From an uncultured Acidobacteriota bacterium (lineage in GTDB: Bacteria; Acidobacteriota; Polarisedimenticolia; Polarisedimenticolales; DASRJG01), in assembly GCA_964628935.1 (NCBI GenBank), contig CAZVOE010000001.1:28769-89879 (forward strand): a stretch of 61,111 bases of DNA, read 5' to 3'. Of the stretch, positions 29,493 to 38,682 are shown piece by piece; positions within the stretch are counted from its first letter, which is position 1; the number at the start of each line of letters is the position of its first letter. Below the pieces are notes generated by a model. That model saw only the letters and a list, made by a program, of their open reading frames with translations, made no database searches and was not told the DNA's origin. The position numbers and the translations under genes are program-made.

Positions 29493-30249
29493 GCTCCATC
29501 ATCTCCTTGGCGAGCCCGAGGTAGGCCTCCGCGCCCTTCGACCGGATGTCGTAGAGGAAGATCGCCTTGCCGTGACTCGGGGCCTCGCCGAGCCGGACGT
29601 TCCGCGGGACGACCGTCCGGAAGACCTGATCCCCGAACACGTTTCGGACCTCGTCGACGACCTGGCGGGAGAGGTTGGTCCGGTCGTCGTACATGGTCAG
29701 GACGACCCCCTCGATCTCGAGGCGCGGATTGAGCGACTCCCGGACCCGGTCGATCGTCTCCATCAACTGGGAGATCCCCTCGAGGGCCAGGTACTCGCAC
29801 TGCACCGGCACCAGAACCGAGTCCGCGGCCGAGAGGGCATTGACCGTGAGGAGGCCGAGCGACGGGGGGCAGTCGAGGAAGATCCGGTCGAATCGCCCCC
29901 TGTAGGGCTCGAGAAGGTCCCGAAGCCGGAACTCCCTCGATTCGACCTCCACGAGCTCGACCTCGGCCCCGTAAAGGTCGCGATCCGAGGGAATGAGGTG
30001 GAGGTGAGCCAGATCGGGGCAAGCGAGAGCGATCTCTCCGAGACCGACGTCGCCCGACAGGGCGTCGTACAGCGACGGCCGGTCGACGTCGGGCGCGAAA
30101 CCGAGGGCGCGCGTCGAGTTCGCCTGTGGGTCGGTATCCACGAGGAGGGTGGGACGCTCGGCGATGGCGAACGCTGCGGCCAGGGAGACTGCGGTCGTGG
30201 TCTTGCCGACTCCCCCTTTTTGATTCGCGATGGCGACGACTCGGCCCAT
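29470..30249 (-). CDS. parA: chromosome partitioning ATPase ParA/Soj
   Basis: ATG at 30249 (MGRVVAIANQKGGVGKTTTAV, deviant Walker A). 259 aa. Its 3' end overlaps the parB start by 23 nt. Confidence 0.95.
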   Translation of the reverse strand: MGRVVAIANQKGGVGKTTTAVSLAAAFAIAERPTLLVDTDPQANSTRALGFAPDVDRPSLYDALSGDVGLGEIALACPDLAHLHLIPSDRDLYGAEVELVEVESREFRLRDLLEPYRGRFDRIFLDCPPSLGLLTVNALSAADSVLVPVQCEYLALEGISQLMETIDRVRESLNPRLEIEGVVLTMYDDRTNLSRQVVDEVRNVFGDQVFRTVVPRNVRLGEAPSHGKAIFLYDIRSKGAEAYLGLAKEMMEHETQGAR

Positions 30250-30297
30250 GGATGTCCCGCGGGAAAGGTCGGAATCTACCACAGCGGGGGAGGCGAG

Positions 30298-30311
30298 GTT
30301 CCACGTGGAAC
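30298..30311. promoter_or_regulatory. parS: parS centromere site (GTTCCACGTGGAAC)
   Basis: A perfect 14-bp palindrome matching the conserved parS core (tGTTNCACGTGAAACa family). It lies 49 bp upstream of the parA start. Confidence 0.8.
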
Positions 30312-30333
30312 GTGGGTATGCCGGGTCTCCACC

Positions 30334-30347
30334 GTTCCACGTGGAAC
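30334..30347. promoter_or_regulatory. parS: parS centromere site (GTTCCACGTGGAAC), second copy
   Basis: An identical 14-mer, 36 bp from the first copy. Confidence 0.8.
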
Positions 30348-30550
30348 ATGAGGTGACGGATCGGTGCTCGCTTCGGGAGAAGGCGCGGGCCGAAGTTCCC
30401 GTGGGCCCTTGGGTTTGCCGTTCCGATCTCGACAGGACCCCCGGCTCGACGCTTCATGGTGCGGGCATCGCGATGGAGATGGAACTCCAGAACCCACCGC
30501 GTTTTCCGCCTGGTACGCCCCCACATCGGCGGCCGGGCCCGCTGCCAACA

Positions 30551-30570
30551 CGCCGACATTATTGTCGGCG
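30551..30570. promoter_or_regulatory. 20-bp palindrome, copy 3 (CGCCGACA-ttat-TGTCGGCG, perfect arms)
   Basis: Read directly from the sequence. It lies in the divergent region between parA/parS and the giant exoprotein gene. Confidence 0.5.
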
Positions 30571-30580
30571 TGCGCCTTTT

Positions 30581-30600
30581 TGCCGACAGATATGTCGGCG
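30581..30600. promoter_or_regulatory. 20-bp palindrome, copy 4 (tGCCGACA-gata-TGTCGGCG)
   Basis: Read directly from the sequence. It lies 30 bp from copy 3 and 70 bp upstream of the ATG at 30670. Confidence 0.5.
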
Positions 30601-30669
30601 GCGTTACGGTGGGGGAATCACACCGTCTGGTCCGTCTACTTCCCGTAGCACAAGCAGGGGAGGTAGGCG

Positions 30670-33600
30670 ATGCCAACGACAAAAGAGCGACGGTTCTTCT
30701 TCCACGCGCTTCCGCTCGCGATCATCGCGCTCGGCGGACCGGCGGTCGCCCAGACGACCGTTCCCGGCGGGACGATCTCGACGGACACGACTTGGACGCT
30801 CGCGGGCTCCCCGTACACATTGACCGGCACCGTCGTCGTTGTGGGAGCCGACGGCCCGGACGGAATCACGACCCTCACGATCGAGCCCGGCGTCGAAGTA
30901 CGCGCGAACAGCGGCGTTCAGCTTCAGATTGGAGGAACGACCACCGGAAACCCCGGAGCCCTCGTCGCCGATGGTAACGCCGCGGGCGGGCCGGCCCAGA
31001 TCCTCTTCACCACCTCGAGCCCCACGCCGGGACCGGGAAGCTGGAGTGGTCTCCATTTCCGCACGGGGGCGCGCGCGTCCACCCTCCGAAACGCCAAGAT
31101 CGAGTACGGCGGAGGAGGAGGTTGGGCCGGAGTCTACGTCTCGACCGCCGCGTCCACCGTCCTCACCCTCGACCAGGTCGTCGTGCAGGACAACGCCGGG
31201 AACGGCCTTCAGCTCCAGGGCCCGGTCACGCTCGCCTTGTCCGACTCGACGATCACCTCGAACTCCGCGGACGACCTCGGGATCGGGAGCAACGCGTCCA
31301 TCACCGGAACGGTCACCGGCTGCACGATCTCGAGCGTCAATTACGCCGCGAGCAACGCGCAGATCGATTGGTCCGGGAACGCCTTCGTGAGTTGGGGTAC
31401 GCGTGTCTCCCGCATCCCCGCGAACGAGATCGGGGACTTCGGGGTCGACAACTCGTTCGCGAAGGTCCCGAGCGCCCTCGTAAATGTCCTCAGCGATACG
31501 GTTTCCCTGGACGCCGCCTTTAAGACTGCCACGGCGGACGCCTACGTCCTCCTCAACAGCGTCTCGGTCTTCGGAACCGACGGTCCCGACGGGATCACGA
31601 CGCTGACGCTCGAACCGGGTGTCGTCCTGCGCGCCAACAGCGGCGCCCAGGTTCAGATCGGCGGCACCTCCGCGGGGAGCCCGGGGGCGCTCATCGCGGA
31701 CGGAAACGCCACGGGGGGGCCTGCCCAGATTCTCTTCACGTCCTCCAGCGGAACGCCGTCACCTGGGAGCTGGGCCGGGCTGTACTTCCGAGCGGGCGCT
31801 CGCTCGTCGACGATCCGCAACGCCCGTGTCGAGTACGGCGGCGGGGGCGGCTGGGCCGGGATCTACGTCTCGACTGCCGCCGCGACGGTCCTCACCCTCG
31901 ACCAGGTCGTCGTGCAGGACAACGCCGGGAACGGCCTTCAGCTCCAGGGCCCGGTCACGCTCGCCTTGTCCGACTCGACGATCACCTCGAACTCCGCGGA
32001 CGACCTCGGGATCGGGAGCAACGCGTCCATCACCGGAACGGTCACCGGCTGCACGATCTCGAGCGTCAATTACGCCGCGAGCAACGCGCAGATCGATTGG
32101 TCCGGGAACGCCTTCGTGAGTTGGGGTACGCGTGTCTCCCGCATCCCCGCGAACGAGATCGGGGACTTCGGGGTCGACAACTCGTTCGCGAAGGTCCCGA
32201 GCGCCCTCGTAAATGTCCTCAGCGATACGGTTTCCCTGGACGCCGCCTTTAAGACTGCCACGGCGGACGCCTACGTCCTCCTCAACAGCGTCTCGGTCTT
32301 CGGAACCGACGGTCCCGACGGGATCACGACGCTGACGCTCGAACCGGGTGTCGTCCTGCGCGCCAACAGCGGCGCCCAGCTTCAGATCGGCGGCACCGTC
32401 GTGGGAACCCCCGGCGCGCTCGTCGCCGATGGGAACGCCGCGGGGGGGCCTGCCCGGATCGTCTTCACCTCCTCGAGCGCGACTCCCACGCGCGGGAGCT
32501 GGACCGGGCTCTACTTCCGCGCAGGGGCACGTCCCTCCCTGATCCGGAACGCGCGCATCGACTACGCCGGCGCGGGAGGATGGGCGGCCGTCTACGCGCA
32601 GCACGCGAGCGGGAACACGCTCACCCTCGATGACCTGATCATCACCGAGAGCGCGAGCTACGGCGTCTATCAACAGGGGCCGATCGCGATGAGCCAGATC
32701 GCGATCACCGGGACGACCGACAACGCGATTCGCTTCAACTCCGATCCGGTCTCGGTCGCTGAGTGCGATCTGAACTCGGGGTCCACCTTCGACGTCTATC
32801 TCGGCAACGGTTCGAGCGTCTCCGGTTCGATCCAGAACTGCAGCGCGATCCGGAGCGTGTTCTACGCGGGAAGCCTGCCGGCGGTCTTGTGGACAGGAAA
32901 CACTTTCGAGAACTGGGGCGCCCGAACGTCCCGCGTGCCGATCGCGACGCTCGACGGCTTCTCCCGGAACAACACGTTCAACGTCATCCCGGGCGCAGTC
33001 CTCGAAGTCATCGGCGGAGCACTCTCGGCCGACGCCACATGGTCCGCAGCACCCGGTCCGTTCGTTTTCACTCTCGTCGACGTCACGGTGCAGGGAACCG
33101 ACGGACCGGACGGGCGCACCACCCTCACGCTCCTCCCCGGTGTCGCCATCCGGATGCAGGCGGGCCGGTCGTTCTACGTGGGGGGGACCAGCACCGGAAA
33201 CCCCGGCGAGTTGATCGCCGATGGCCGGACGGGCGGGGGGACGTTCCAGACGATCAACTTCGGATCCGCCGCCCCGTCGCCCGCCGCCGGAGACTGGGAG
33301 GGACTCCACGTTCGCGCGTTCGGACGGGCGGAGCTGTACGAAACGCAGGTGCGTCACGCGACTTCTTGCGTCCACGTCCAGGGAACTCTCGGGCCCGTCG
33401 ACAAGCTGAGCTTGAGCCGCTGCAACGTCGGACTGGATCTCTCGAACGCCGTCCTCGAGGGGACCCTGTCCCGGGTCCTGACGGGAAACAGCGGGACGGG
33501 TGTCCGCTCTTCGGGAACCTCTGCGGTCTTTCGCGACAGCACGTTGGCGGGAACCGTTTGGGGGGTGGAGAACGTCACGCCGGCGACCGCTTGTGTCGAC

Positions 33601-35184
33601 GCGGTCTCGAATTGGTGTGGGGCGGCGAGCGGACCCTCGGGGGATCCGCCGCTCCAAGGATGCGAGACGGAAGACCCGGACGGAGCGGGATCCCGGGTCA
33701 GCGACGGCGTGCTCTTCGGGTCGTTCCTCGGGGCGCCCGGGGACGACGGCGATCCGGTCGCCTGCGACGACGGGGACGGCTTCCCCGACCCGTGCTCGGG
33801 CGGAAACACCGTCGACTGCGACGACAACTGCTGCCTCGTCGCGAACGCCTCCCAGGACGACGAGGACGGGGACGGCGTCGGAGACGCGTGCGACGCGAAC
33901 CCGGTGCTCCGGGTGTCGAGCGATCCGCTGGACGGGGCCGACTTCGCCGTCGTGCAGGACGCCGTCGACGCGACCTTCCAGTCGGGCACGCGGATCGAGA
34001 TCTATCCCGGACTCGGGCCGTACCTCGAGGCCGTCCGCGTCGACCGGAACCAGGTGTACACGTTCGAGCGAATCGACGACGGGACGGGCGACCCGGTCGT
34101 CGTTGACGGCCTCTCCGACGCCGCCTTCCGGTTCCTCAACAAGGCGGGCACGGTGCCGATGGTGGTCCGCGACTTCACCCTTCGCGGAGGCCAGGGGATC
34201 CGTAGCGCCGTGGACACTCTCGCCGAAGACATCGTCTTCGACATGATCTCCTTCGAGGCCTACCAGGCGGACGCCGGTGCGCACACGCTGCGCCGCGCGA
34301 CGGTGGGCGAGCTCGCGGCGGTGGGCGCACGGGTCGCCTTGGGCGCCTCGCTCGACGCATCGCGCGTCGAGATGCGCGGCCCCACGACCGCGGGGGTGAT
34401 CGCCGAGGGGAGCGTCGTCCTCCGGAACGTCCTCGTCGCCGACGGGACGAGCGGCGCGGACGGGATCCGTCTCGGGTCCGGTGCCTCCGTGACCGCCCAG
34501 TACGTGACGATCGAGGGGAACGCCGGCCGCGGGATCGACAACACGGCGGGCGGATCTGTCGCCGTCGACCGCTCGATCGTTTGGGGGAACGCGGGAGGCG
34601 ACCTCGCGAACGCCTCCTGCGCCGGCATCTCGTGGAGCGACACGGGCGATCCAGCCTGCACCCCGGGGAACGGCAACCTCTCGCAGGACGCCCTTCTCGG
34701 CCTCGATTCGAGGCCGCAGGCCGGTTCGCCCTGCCTCGACCACGGTCCTTCCGCGTCCGGGTACGCCGGGATCCCGCCGACCGACCTCGCGGGCGAGCCT
34801 CGCCTGCGTGACTTCGACGGGGACGGGATCGCGGTGAACGACTGCGGGGCCTACGAAGTGGACAATGGAGCCCTCGTCCCGGGAGAGGTCGTGAACCTGC
34901 GATTCGACTTCAACGACTTCCGGCTGTTGTGGAACCCCGAACCCTCGGCGGCGGAGTACCACGTCTACAGGGACCTCCTCTCGAACCTCTCGTACGGGTC
35001 GTTCGGCGTCTGCCGCGACGACCTCGACGGCGACCGCACCGATGCGCAACTCGAGGACTTCGAAGAGCCGCTCGCGGGGCAGGGGTTCTTCTACCTGATC
35101 ACTGCGGAGAGTCTTGGAGGAAACGAGGGGACTCTGGGGCTGGCCGCGGCGGCCGAGCGGAGCAACTTCAGCCCGTGCCCGTGA
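30670..35184 (+). CDS. giant secreted right-handed beta-helix (PbH1-like) repeat protein with thrombospondin type-3 calcium-binding repeats
   Basis: 1504 aa with SD GGGGAGG and signal peptide [20 protein letters not shown]. It contains four tandem modules, each with [34 protein letters not shown]....G.W.GL.FR.GAR ..N..I.Y.G. A TSP3 segment follows ([27 protein letters not shown]). The C-terminus is a further beta-helix region and a domain of about 90 aa. Confidence 0.85.
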   Translation: MPTTKERRFFFHALPLAIIALGGPAVAQTTVPGGTISTDTTWTLAGSPYTLTGTVVVVGADGPDGITTLTIEPGVEVRANSGVQLQIGGTTTGNPGALVADGNAAGGPAQILFTTSSPTPGPGSWSGLHFRTGARASTLRNAKIEYGGGGGWAGVYVSTAASTVLTLDQVVVQDNAGNGLQLQGPVTLALSDSTITSNSADDLGIGSNASITGTVTGCTISSVNYAASNAQIDWSGNAFVSWGTRVSRIPANEIGDFGVDNSFAKVPSALVNVLSDTVSLDAAFKTATADAYVLLNSVSVFGTDGPDGITTLTLEPGVVLRANSGAQVQIGGTSAGSPGALIADGNATGGPAQILFTSSSGTPSPGSWAGLYFRAGARSSTIRNARVEYGGGGGWAGIYVSTAAATVLTLDQVVVQDNAGNGLQLQGPVTLALSDSTITSNSADDLGIGSNASITGTVTGCTISSVNYAASNAQIDWSGNAFVSWGTRVSRIPANEIGDFGVDNSFAKVPSALVNVLSDTVSLDAAFKTATADAYVLLNSVSVFGTDGPDGITTLTLEPGVVLRANSGAQLQIGGTVVGTPGALVADGNAAGGPARIVFTSSSATPTRGSWTGLYFRAGARPSLIRNARIDYAGAGGWAAVYAQHASGNTLTLDDLIITESASYGVYQQGPIAMSQIAITGTTDNAIRFNSDPVSVAECDLNSGSTFDVYLGNGSSVSGSIQNCSAIRSVFYAGSLPAVLWTGNTFENWGARTSRVPIATLDGFSRNNTFNVIPGAVLEVIGGALSADATWSAAPGPFVFTLVDVTVQGTDGPDGRTTLTLLPGVAIRMQAGRSFYVGGTSTGNPGELIADGRTGGGTFQTINFGSAAPSPAAGDWEGLHVRAFGRAELYETQVRHATSCVHVQGTLGPVDKLSLSRCNVGLDLSNAVLEGTLSRVLTGNSGTGVRSSGTSAVFRDSTLAGTVWGVENVTPATACVDAVSNWCGAASGPSGDPPLQGCETEDPDGAGSRVSDGVLFGSFLGAPGDDGDPVACDDGDGFPDPCSGGNTVDCDDNCCLVANASQDDEDGDGVGDACDANPVLRVSSDPLDGADFAVVQDAVDATFQSGTRIEIYPGLGPYLEAVRVDRNQVYTFERIDDGTGDPVVVDGLSDAAFRFLNKAGTVPMVVRDFTLRGGQGIRSAVDTLAEDIVFDMISFEAYQADAGAHTLRRATVGELAAVGARVALGASLDASRVEMRGPTTAGVIAEGSVVLRNVLVADGTSGADGIRLGSGASVTAQYVTIEGNAGRGIDNTAGGSVAVDRSIVWGNAGGDLANASCAGISWSDTGDPACTPGNGNLSQDALLGLDSRPQAGSPCLDHGPSASGYAGIPPTDLAGEPRLRDFDGDGIAVNDCGAYEVDNGALVPGEVVNLRFDFNDFRLLWNPEPSAAEYHVYRDLLSNLSYGSFGVCRDDLDGDRTDAQLEDFEEPLAGQGFFYLITAESLGGNEGTLGLAAAAERSNFSPCP
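31159..31650 (+). repeat. 492-bp segment identical to 31888..32379
   Basis: I compared the two segments line by line and saw no mismatch. The identical 63-aa antisense ORFs at 31341..31532 and 32070..32261 in the ORF track confirm the 729-bp offset. Confidence 0.9.
31888..32379 (+). repeat. second copy of the 492-bp perfect repeat
   Basis: Same evidence as for 31159..31650. Identity breaks at 31651/32380 (g versus c) and upstream of 31159/31888. Confidence 0.9.
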
Positions 35185-37336
35185 CGATCCGCCAAACCTG
35201 GGCGACGAGGAAGCAGACGACGAACCCGAGGACGAGGGGGAGCGCGACCGAAAGCGTGGTCCAACGCGCGCTCCCCGTTTCCCGGTAGATCGTGTAGATC
35301 GTCGTCGAGCAAGGGTTGTGGAAGAGGCTGAACAGCATCAGGTTGATGCCCGTCAGCGTTGTCCATCCCGACTGGCGCAGGAGCGACGCCACCGCGTCGG
35401 CTTCGTCCAGCTCGAACATCACTCCCGCGCCCGCTCCGACGCCGGTGATCCCCCCCGTGAGGACCGTGAGCATCAGGATCGTCGGGATCACGATCTCGTT
35501 CGCCGGAATCGCGACGACGTAGGCGAGCAGGATCACGCCGTTCAGCCCGATCAGAAATCCGATCGGATCGAGACCGGCCGCGAGATGATGGGCGAGGCTC
35601 GCCCCGCCGACCTCGATGTTCCCGACGAGCCAGGTGACCGCTCCCGCCGGTGCGGCGAAGAGGACCGCACGCCCGAGGACGATGAGCGTGCGATCGATCA
35701 GGGAGGTGTACAGGGTCTGCAGGATCCTCGGAGGCCGATAGGGCGGCAGCTCGAGGCTGAACGAGGTCGGCTCTCCGCGCAGGACCGTCCGCGTGAGCAA
35801 CCATGACGACGCGAGGGCGGCCGCCACGCCGAGGAGAGTCACCGCCACGACCGCGGACGCCGCCACGACCCCGGCGAGCGCAGGCGGGGCGAGCGCACCG
35901 AGGAAAATCGAGGCGATCAGGATCTGCGTCGGCCAGCGCCCGTTGCAGAGGGAGAAGTTGTTCGTGAGGATCGCGACGAGGCGCTCCCGAGGGCTGTCGA
36001 TCACCCGAGTCGCCACGACCCCCGCCGCATTGCACCCGAATCCCATGCACATCGTCAGGGCCTGCTTTCCGTGCGCGCCGGCTTTCCGGAAGAGCGGGTC
36101 GAGGTTGAAAGCGACACGCGGGAGGTACCCGAAGTCCTCGAGAAGGGTGAACAGCGGGAAGAAGATCGCCATCGGGGGGAGCATCACGCTCACGACCCAC
36201 GCTGTCGCGAGGTAGACCCCGTCAATCAGCACTCCCTGGAGCCATGCGGGGAAGGCGAACGAATCGGCGACCCCTCGGAGAAACGGATGGCCGCTGTCGA
36301 CGAGGAGAGAGGCAAGAAGCGAGGAGGGAACGTTCGCCCCGGCGATCGTCAGCCAGAAAACGAGCGCGAGCAACGCGATCATCACCGGAAATCCCCAGAC
36401 TCGGCTCGTCAGGATGCGGTCGAGGGTCCGGTCGAGATCGAAGCCTGCCTTGCGCAGGCCGGTCAACTGGACGCGCGCCGTGATCCGCTCGGCTTCCCGG
36501 TAGATCGCCTCCGTGATCTTGTCGTGGAAGTCGGCGGGAAGCCGCCAACGCGCAGCGCTCGCCGCCGCGATCACCGCATCGGCGGCTCCGGGCGCTCGCG
36601 GGATTCCGAACTCCCCCTTGCGGATCGCTTCCGCGACACGCTCGTCGGCGTTCAAGAGGCGCAGGGCGACCCAGCGGGCGTTCGGAAGGCCGGGAAAAGC
36701 GCGCTCGACCGCCTCGCGGATTTCCCCAATGTGTTCCTCGATCGCAGCGGCGTGGCGAGCGATCCGGAACGGACGCGGCGTCTCAGCTCCGGTCGCGACG
36801 CGTTGGATCGCCTGTCGCAGCTCCGCGATCCCTTCCCCGCGTCGCGCCGAGGTCGGGATGACCGGCACTCCGAGCTCACGGGCGAGCGCCCGAGGATCGA
36901 TGCCGATCCCGTGTCGCTTCGCCTCATCCATCAAGTTCAAGCAGACGACGACCCGGTCGGTCACCTCGAGCACCTGCAGGGCCAGATTCAGATTCCGTTC
37001 GAGCCGTGTCGCATCGAGGACGACCACGGTGACGTCGGGCCGCCCGAAGAGGAGGTAATCGCGCGCGACCTCCTCGTCGACACTACCGGCCTGGAGGGAA
37101 TAGGTTCCAGGTAAGTCTATGAGACCAAAGATCTTACCGGATTCCTCAAACCTCCCTTCGGCGCGGGCGACCGTCTTTCCCGGCCAGTTCCCGGTGTGCT
37201 GGCGGAGTCCGGTGAGCGCGTTGAAGACGGTGCTCTTTCCGGTGTTCGGGTTCCCCGCGAGCGCGACCGTGTGATCGACGGGAGCGCTCCGGTTGGAGAT
37301 CTGCACGAGGGGGACGGGGGCGCGGGATCCCTTCAT
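35168..37336 (-). CDS. feoB: ferrous iron transporter FeoB
   Basis: 722 aa with an N-terminal G domain ([19 protein letters not shown]) and a polytopic C-terminal permease. The ATG at 37336 overlaps the stop of the upstream gene (ATGA). Confidence 0.95.
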   Translation of the reverse strand: MKGSRAPVPLVQISNRSAPVDHTVALAGNPNTGKSTVFNALTGLRQHTGNWPGKTVARAEGRFEESGKIFGLIDLPGTYSLQAGSVDEEVARDYLLFGRPDVTVVVLDATRLERNLNLALQVLEVTDRVVVCLNLMDEAKRHGIGIDPRALARELGVPVIPTSARRGEGIAELRQAIQRVATGAETPRPFRIARHAAAIEEHIGEIREAVERAFPGLPNARWVALRLLNADERVAEAIRKGEFGIPRAPGAADAVIAAASAARWRLPADFHDKITEAIYREAERITARVQLTGLRKAGFDLDRTLDRILTSRVWGFPVMIALLALVFWLTIAGANVPSSLLASLLVDSGHPFLRGVADSFAFPAWLQGVLIDGVYLATAWVVSVMLPPMAIFFPLFTLLEDFGYLPRVAFNLDPLFRKAGAHGKQALTMCMGFGCNAAGVVATRVIDSPRERLVAILTNNFSLCNGRWPTQILIASIFLGALAPPALAGVVAASAVVAVTLLGVAAALASSWLLTRTVLRGEPTSFSLELPPYRPPRILQTLYTSLIDRTLIVLGRAVLFAAPAGAVTWLVGNIEVGGASLAHHLAAGLDPIGFLIGLNGVILLAYVVAIPANEIVIPTILMLTVLTGGITGVGAGAGVMFELDEADAVASLLRQSGWTTLTGINLMLFSLFHNPCSTTIYTIYRETGSARWTTLSVALPLVLGFVVCFLVAQVWRIVTGTG

Positions 37337-38373
37337 GCGGCGCCTCGCTGCTCCGCGGGCTCGATCTCGATCGCCCGCGCCTGCGCGCGGCGGAGAGCGA
37401 TCAGTGCGCCGCGGATGCGGTAGGCGACGGGATCTCCCGAGGCGTTCGCGTACTCCGCTCGGATCTCCGTGCCGGGTACGACGCCGAGATCGAGAAGTCG
37501 GCGGCGTTCCGACCCGGTGCAGACGGGGGAGATGCGGGCGACGTGCCCCGACTCGCCGGGATTGAGGTCGGCAAGGGTTCGAGGTCTCGCGGTCGTCCGA
37601 CCGGGATGAGACGCCACGCTCACTGCCGGCCCGAGGACTCTGGGAAGGGAGACGGTTCGCCCTTCGAGTTCGATTTCGAGGGAGGACTCACCGACTGCGC
37701 GGACGATGAGGGTCTTTCCCAGGTCGAGCCCGAGCCCGCGAAGGTGCTCGAACATCTCCCGCGGCTCGTCCTCGAGGTGGATGACCGTCCCTGCTTCCCC
37801 CGGCCTGACGGCGGAGAGCGGAAGGCCGCTCGTTTCCGGGAGCTCACCGGCGGAGGTGGGAATCGGATCGCCGTGCGGGTCGTACCGCGGATGACCCATT
37901 CTCGCGGCGAGGACCTCCACCTCGGCTGTCGTCAACGCGTGCTCGCGTTCCTCGGCGAGATCGTGCCAGTCGGCCGGGCGGACGCCGGTCCGATCGGCAA
38001 GATAGCGCTCGACGAGCCGATGGCTCCGAAGGACGCGCAGCGCATAAGCCCTTCCGTCGTCGGTGAGCACCGTGCCTTGGCCCTCTGGCCTCGCGAGTCC
38101 GTCCGCCTGGAGCCGGGTGACCAGGCCCAGCACCCGGTCCCGCGGCACCTCCATCGAGCCGGCAAGGCGTTCGACGCTCGCAGGACCTCCGTCGGCGGTG
38201 GCGTGAAAGAGATGCTTGAGGGCGTCCTCGAGCCGGACCCGGTCGGTGAGCCGGCGGCGGCGGGCGAGGCGGGGGATGAGGCCCTGGCGCGGCCAAAACA
38301 GAAGCAGACCAACGCCGACCGAAGTGGCGAAGATCGCGAGCGCGAGCCAAGGGTCCGGGGTCGATTGGTTCAT
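37333..38373 (-). CDS. DtxR/MntR-family metalloregulator fused to an SH3-like domain plus a FeoA domain, with an N-terminal hydrophobic helix
   Basis: ATG at 38373. Residues 8-28, [21 protein letters not shown], are hydrophobic. The DtxR core is [71 protein letters not shown]. Two FeoA/SH3-like segments follow ([15 protein letters not shown]... and [16 protein letters not shown]...[10 protein letters not shown]). Confidence 0.75.
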   Translation of the reverse strand: MNQSTPDPWLALAIFATSVGVGLLLFWPRQGLIPRLARRRRLTDRVRLEDALKHLFHATADGGPASVERLAGSMEVPRDRVLGLVTRLQADGLARPEGQGTVLTDDGRAYALRVLRSHRLVERYLADRTGVRPADWHDLAEEREHALTTAEVEVLAARMGHPRYDPHGDPIPTSAGELPETSGLPLSAVRPGEAGTVIHLEDEPREMFEHLRGLGLDLGKTLIVRAVGESSLEIELEGRTVSLPRVLGPAVSVASHPGRTTARPRTLADLNPGESGHVARISPVCTGSERRRLLDLGVVPGTEIRAEYANASGDPVAYRIRGALIALRRAQARAIEIEPAEQRGAA

Positions 38374-38382
38374 GGCGGCTCT

Positions 38383-38400
38383 TTTTTGATGACTCAAAAA
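38383..38400. promoter_or_regulatory. AT-rich inverted repeat TTTTTGA-tgac-TCAAAAA, candidate metalloregulator operator
   Basis: Read directly from the sequence. It is the only AT-rich palindrome in this GC-rich divergent region and lies about 10 nt upstream of the DtxR-FeoA start. Confidence 0.3.
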
Positions 38401-38682
38401 TAGCCGCCTCACGAACGCTTGTCAACGGGGGCCGCTCAACCCGGTCCCGTCGTTCTCGGCCAAACTCCCGCGACACGAACCGGGAGGCACAGCAGGGCGA
38501 CGGCTCCCCTGAACAGGAGACGGAACCCCATCGTGGATGCAGAGGAATCCGACTTTCCCCCCTCCGATCGTCGCTCGGGTTGAGCGCGGCTGCTCTTCCG
38601 TCGCCAGGCGGATTGAGACGATGTGAATTCCGGTAGACTCCTCCGCTCCGGCCAATCCCGCACCGAACCCCAGGAGGTTCCC

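Larger units (their letters stand above)
30844..33093 (+). repeat. tandem in-frame coding modules inside the giant gene (module starts at 30844, 31573, 32302, 33094; periods 729, 729, 792 bp)
   Basis: The motif GG(A/T)(A/G)CCGACGG(N)CC(G/C)GACGG recurs at these coordinates, and the translated modules align along their full length. Confidence 0.8.

Noticed and set aside
30394-30406. A third parS-like element, GTTCCCGTGGGCC, downstream of the two perfect parS sites.
   Set aside because: It lacks one base of the central CACGTG core and the right arm is mismatched, so it is not a palindrome. It is probably chance similarity.
30844-33093. Regularly spaced repeats that could suggest a CRISPR array or a satellite.
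   Set aside because: The period is 729-792 bp, the repeats are in frame inside one long ORF, and they encode homologous protein modules. There is no short repeat/spacer structure and no cas genes.
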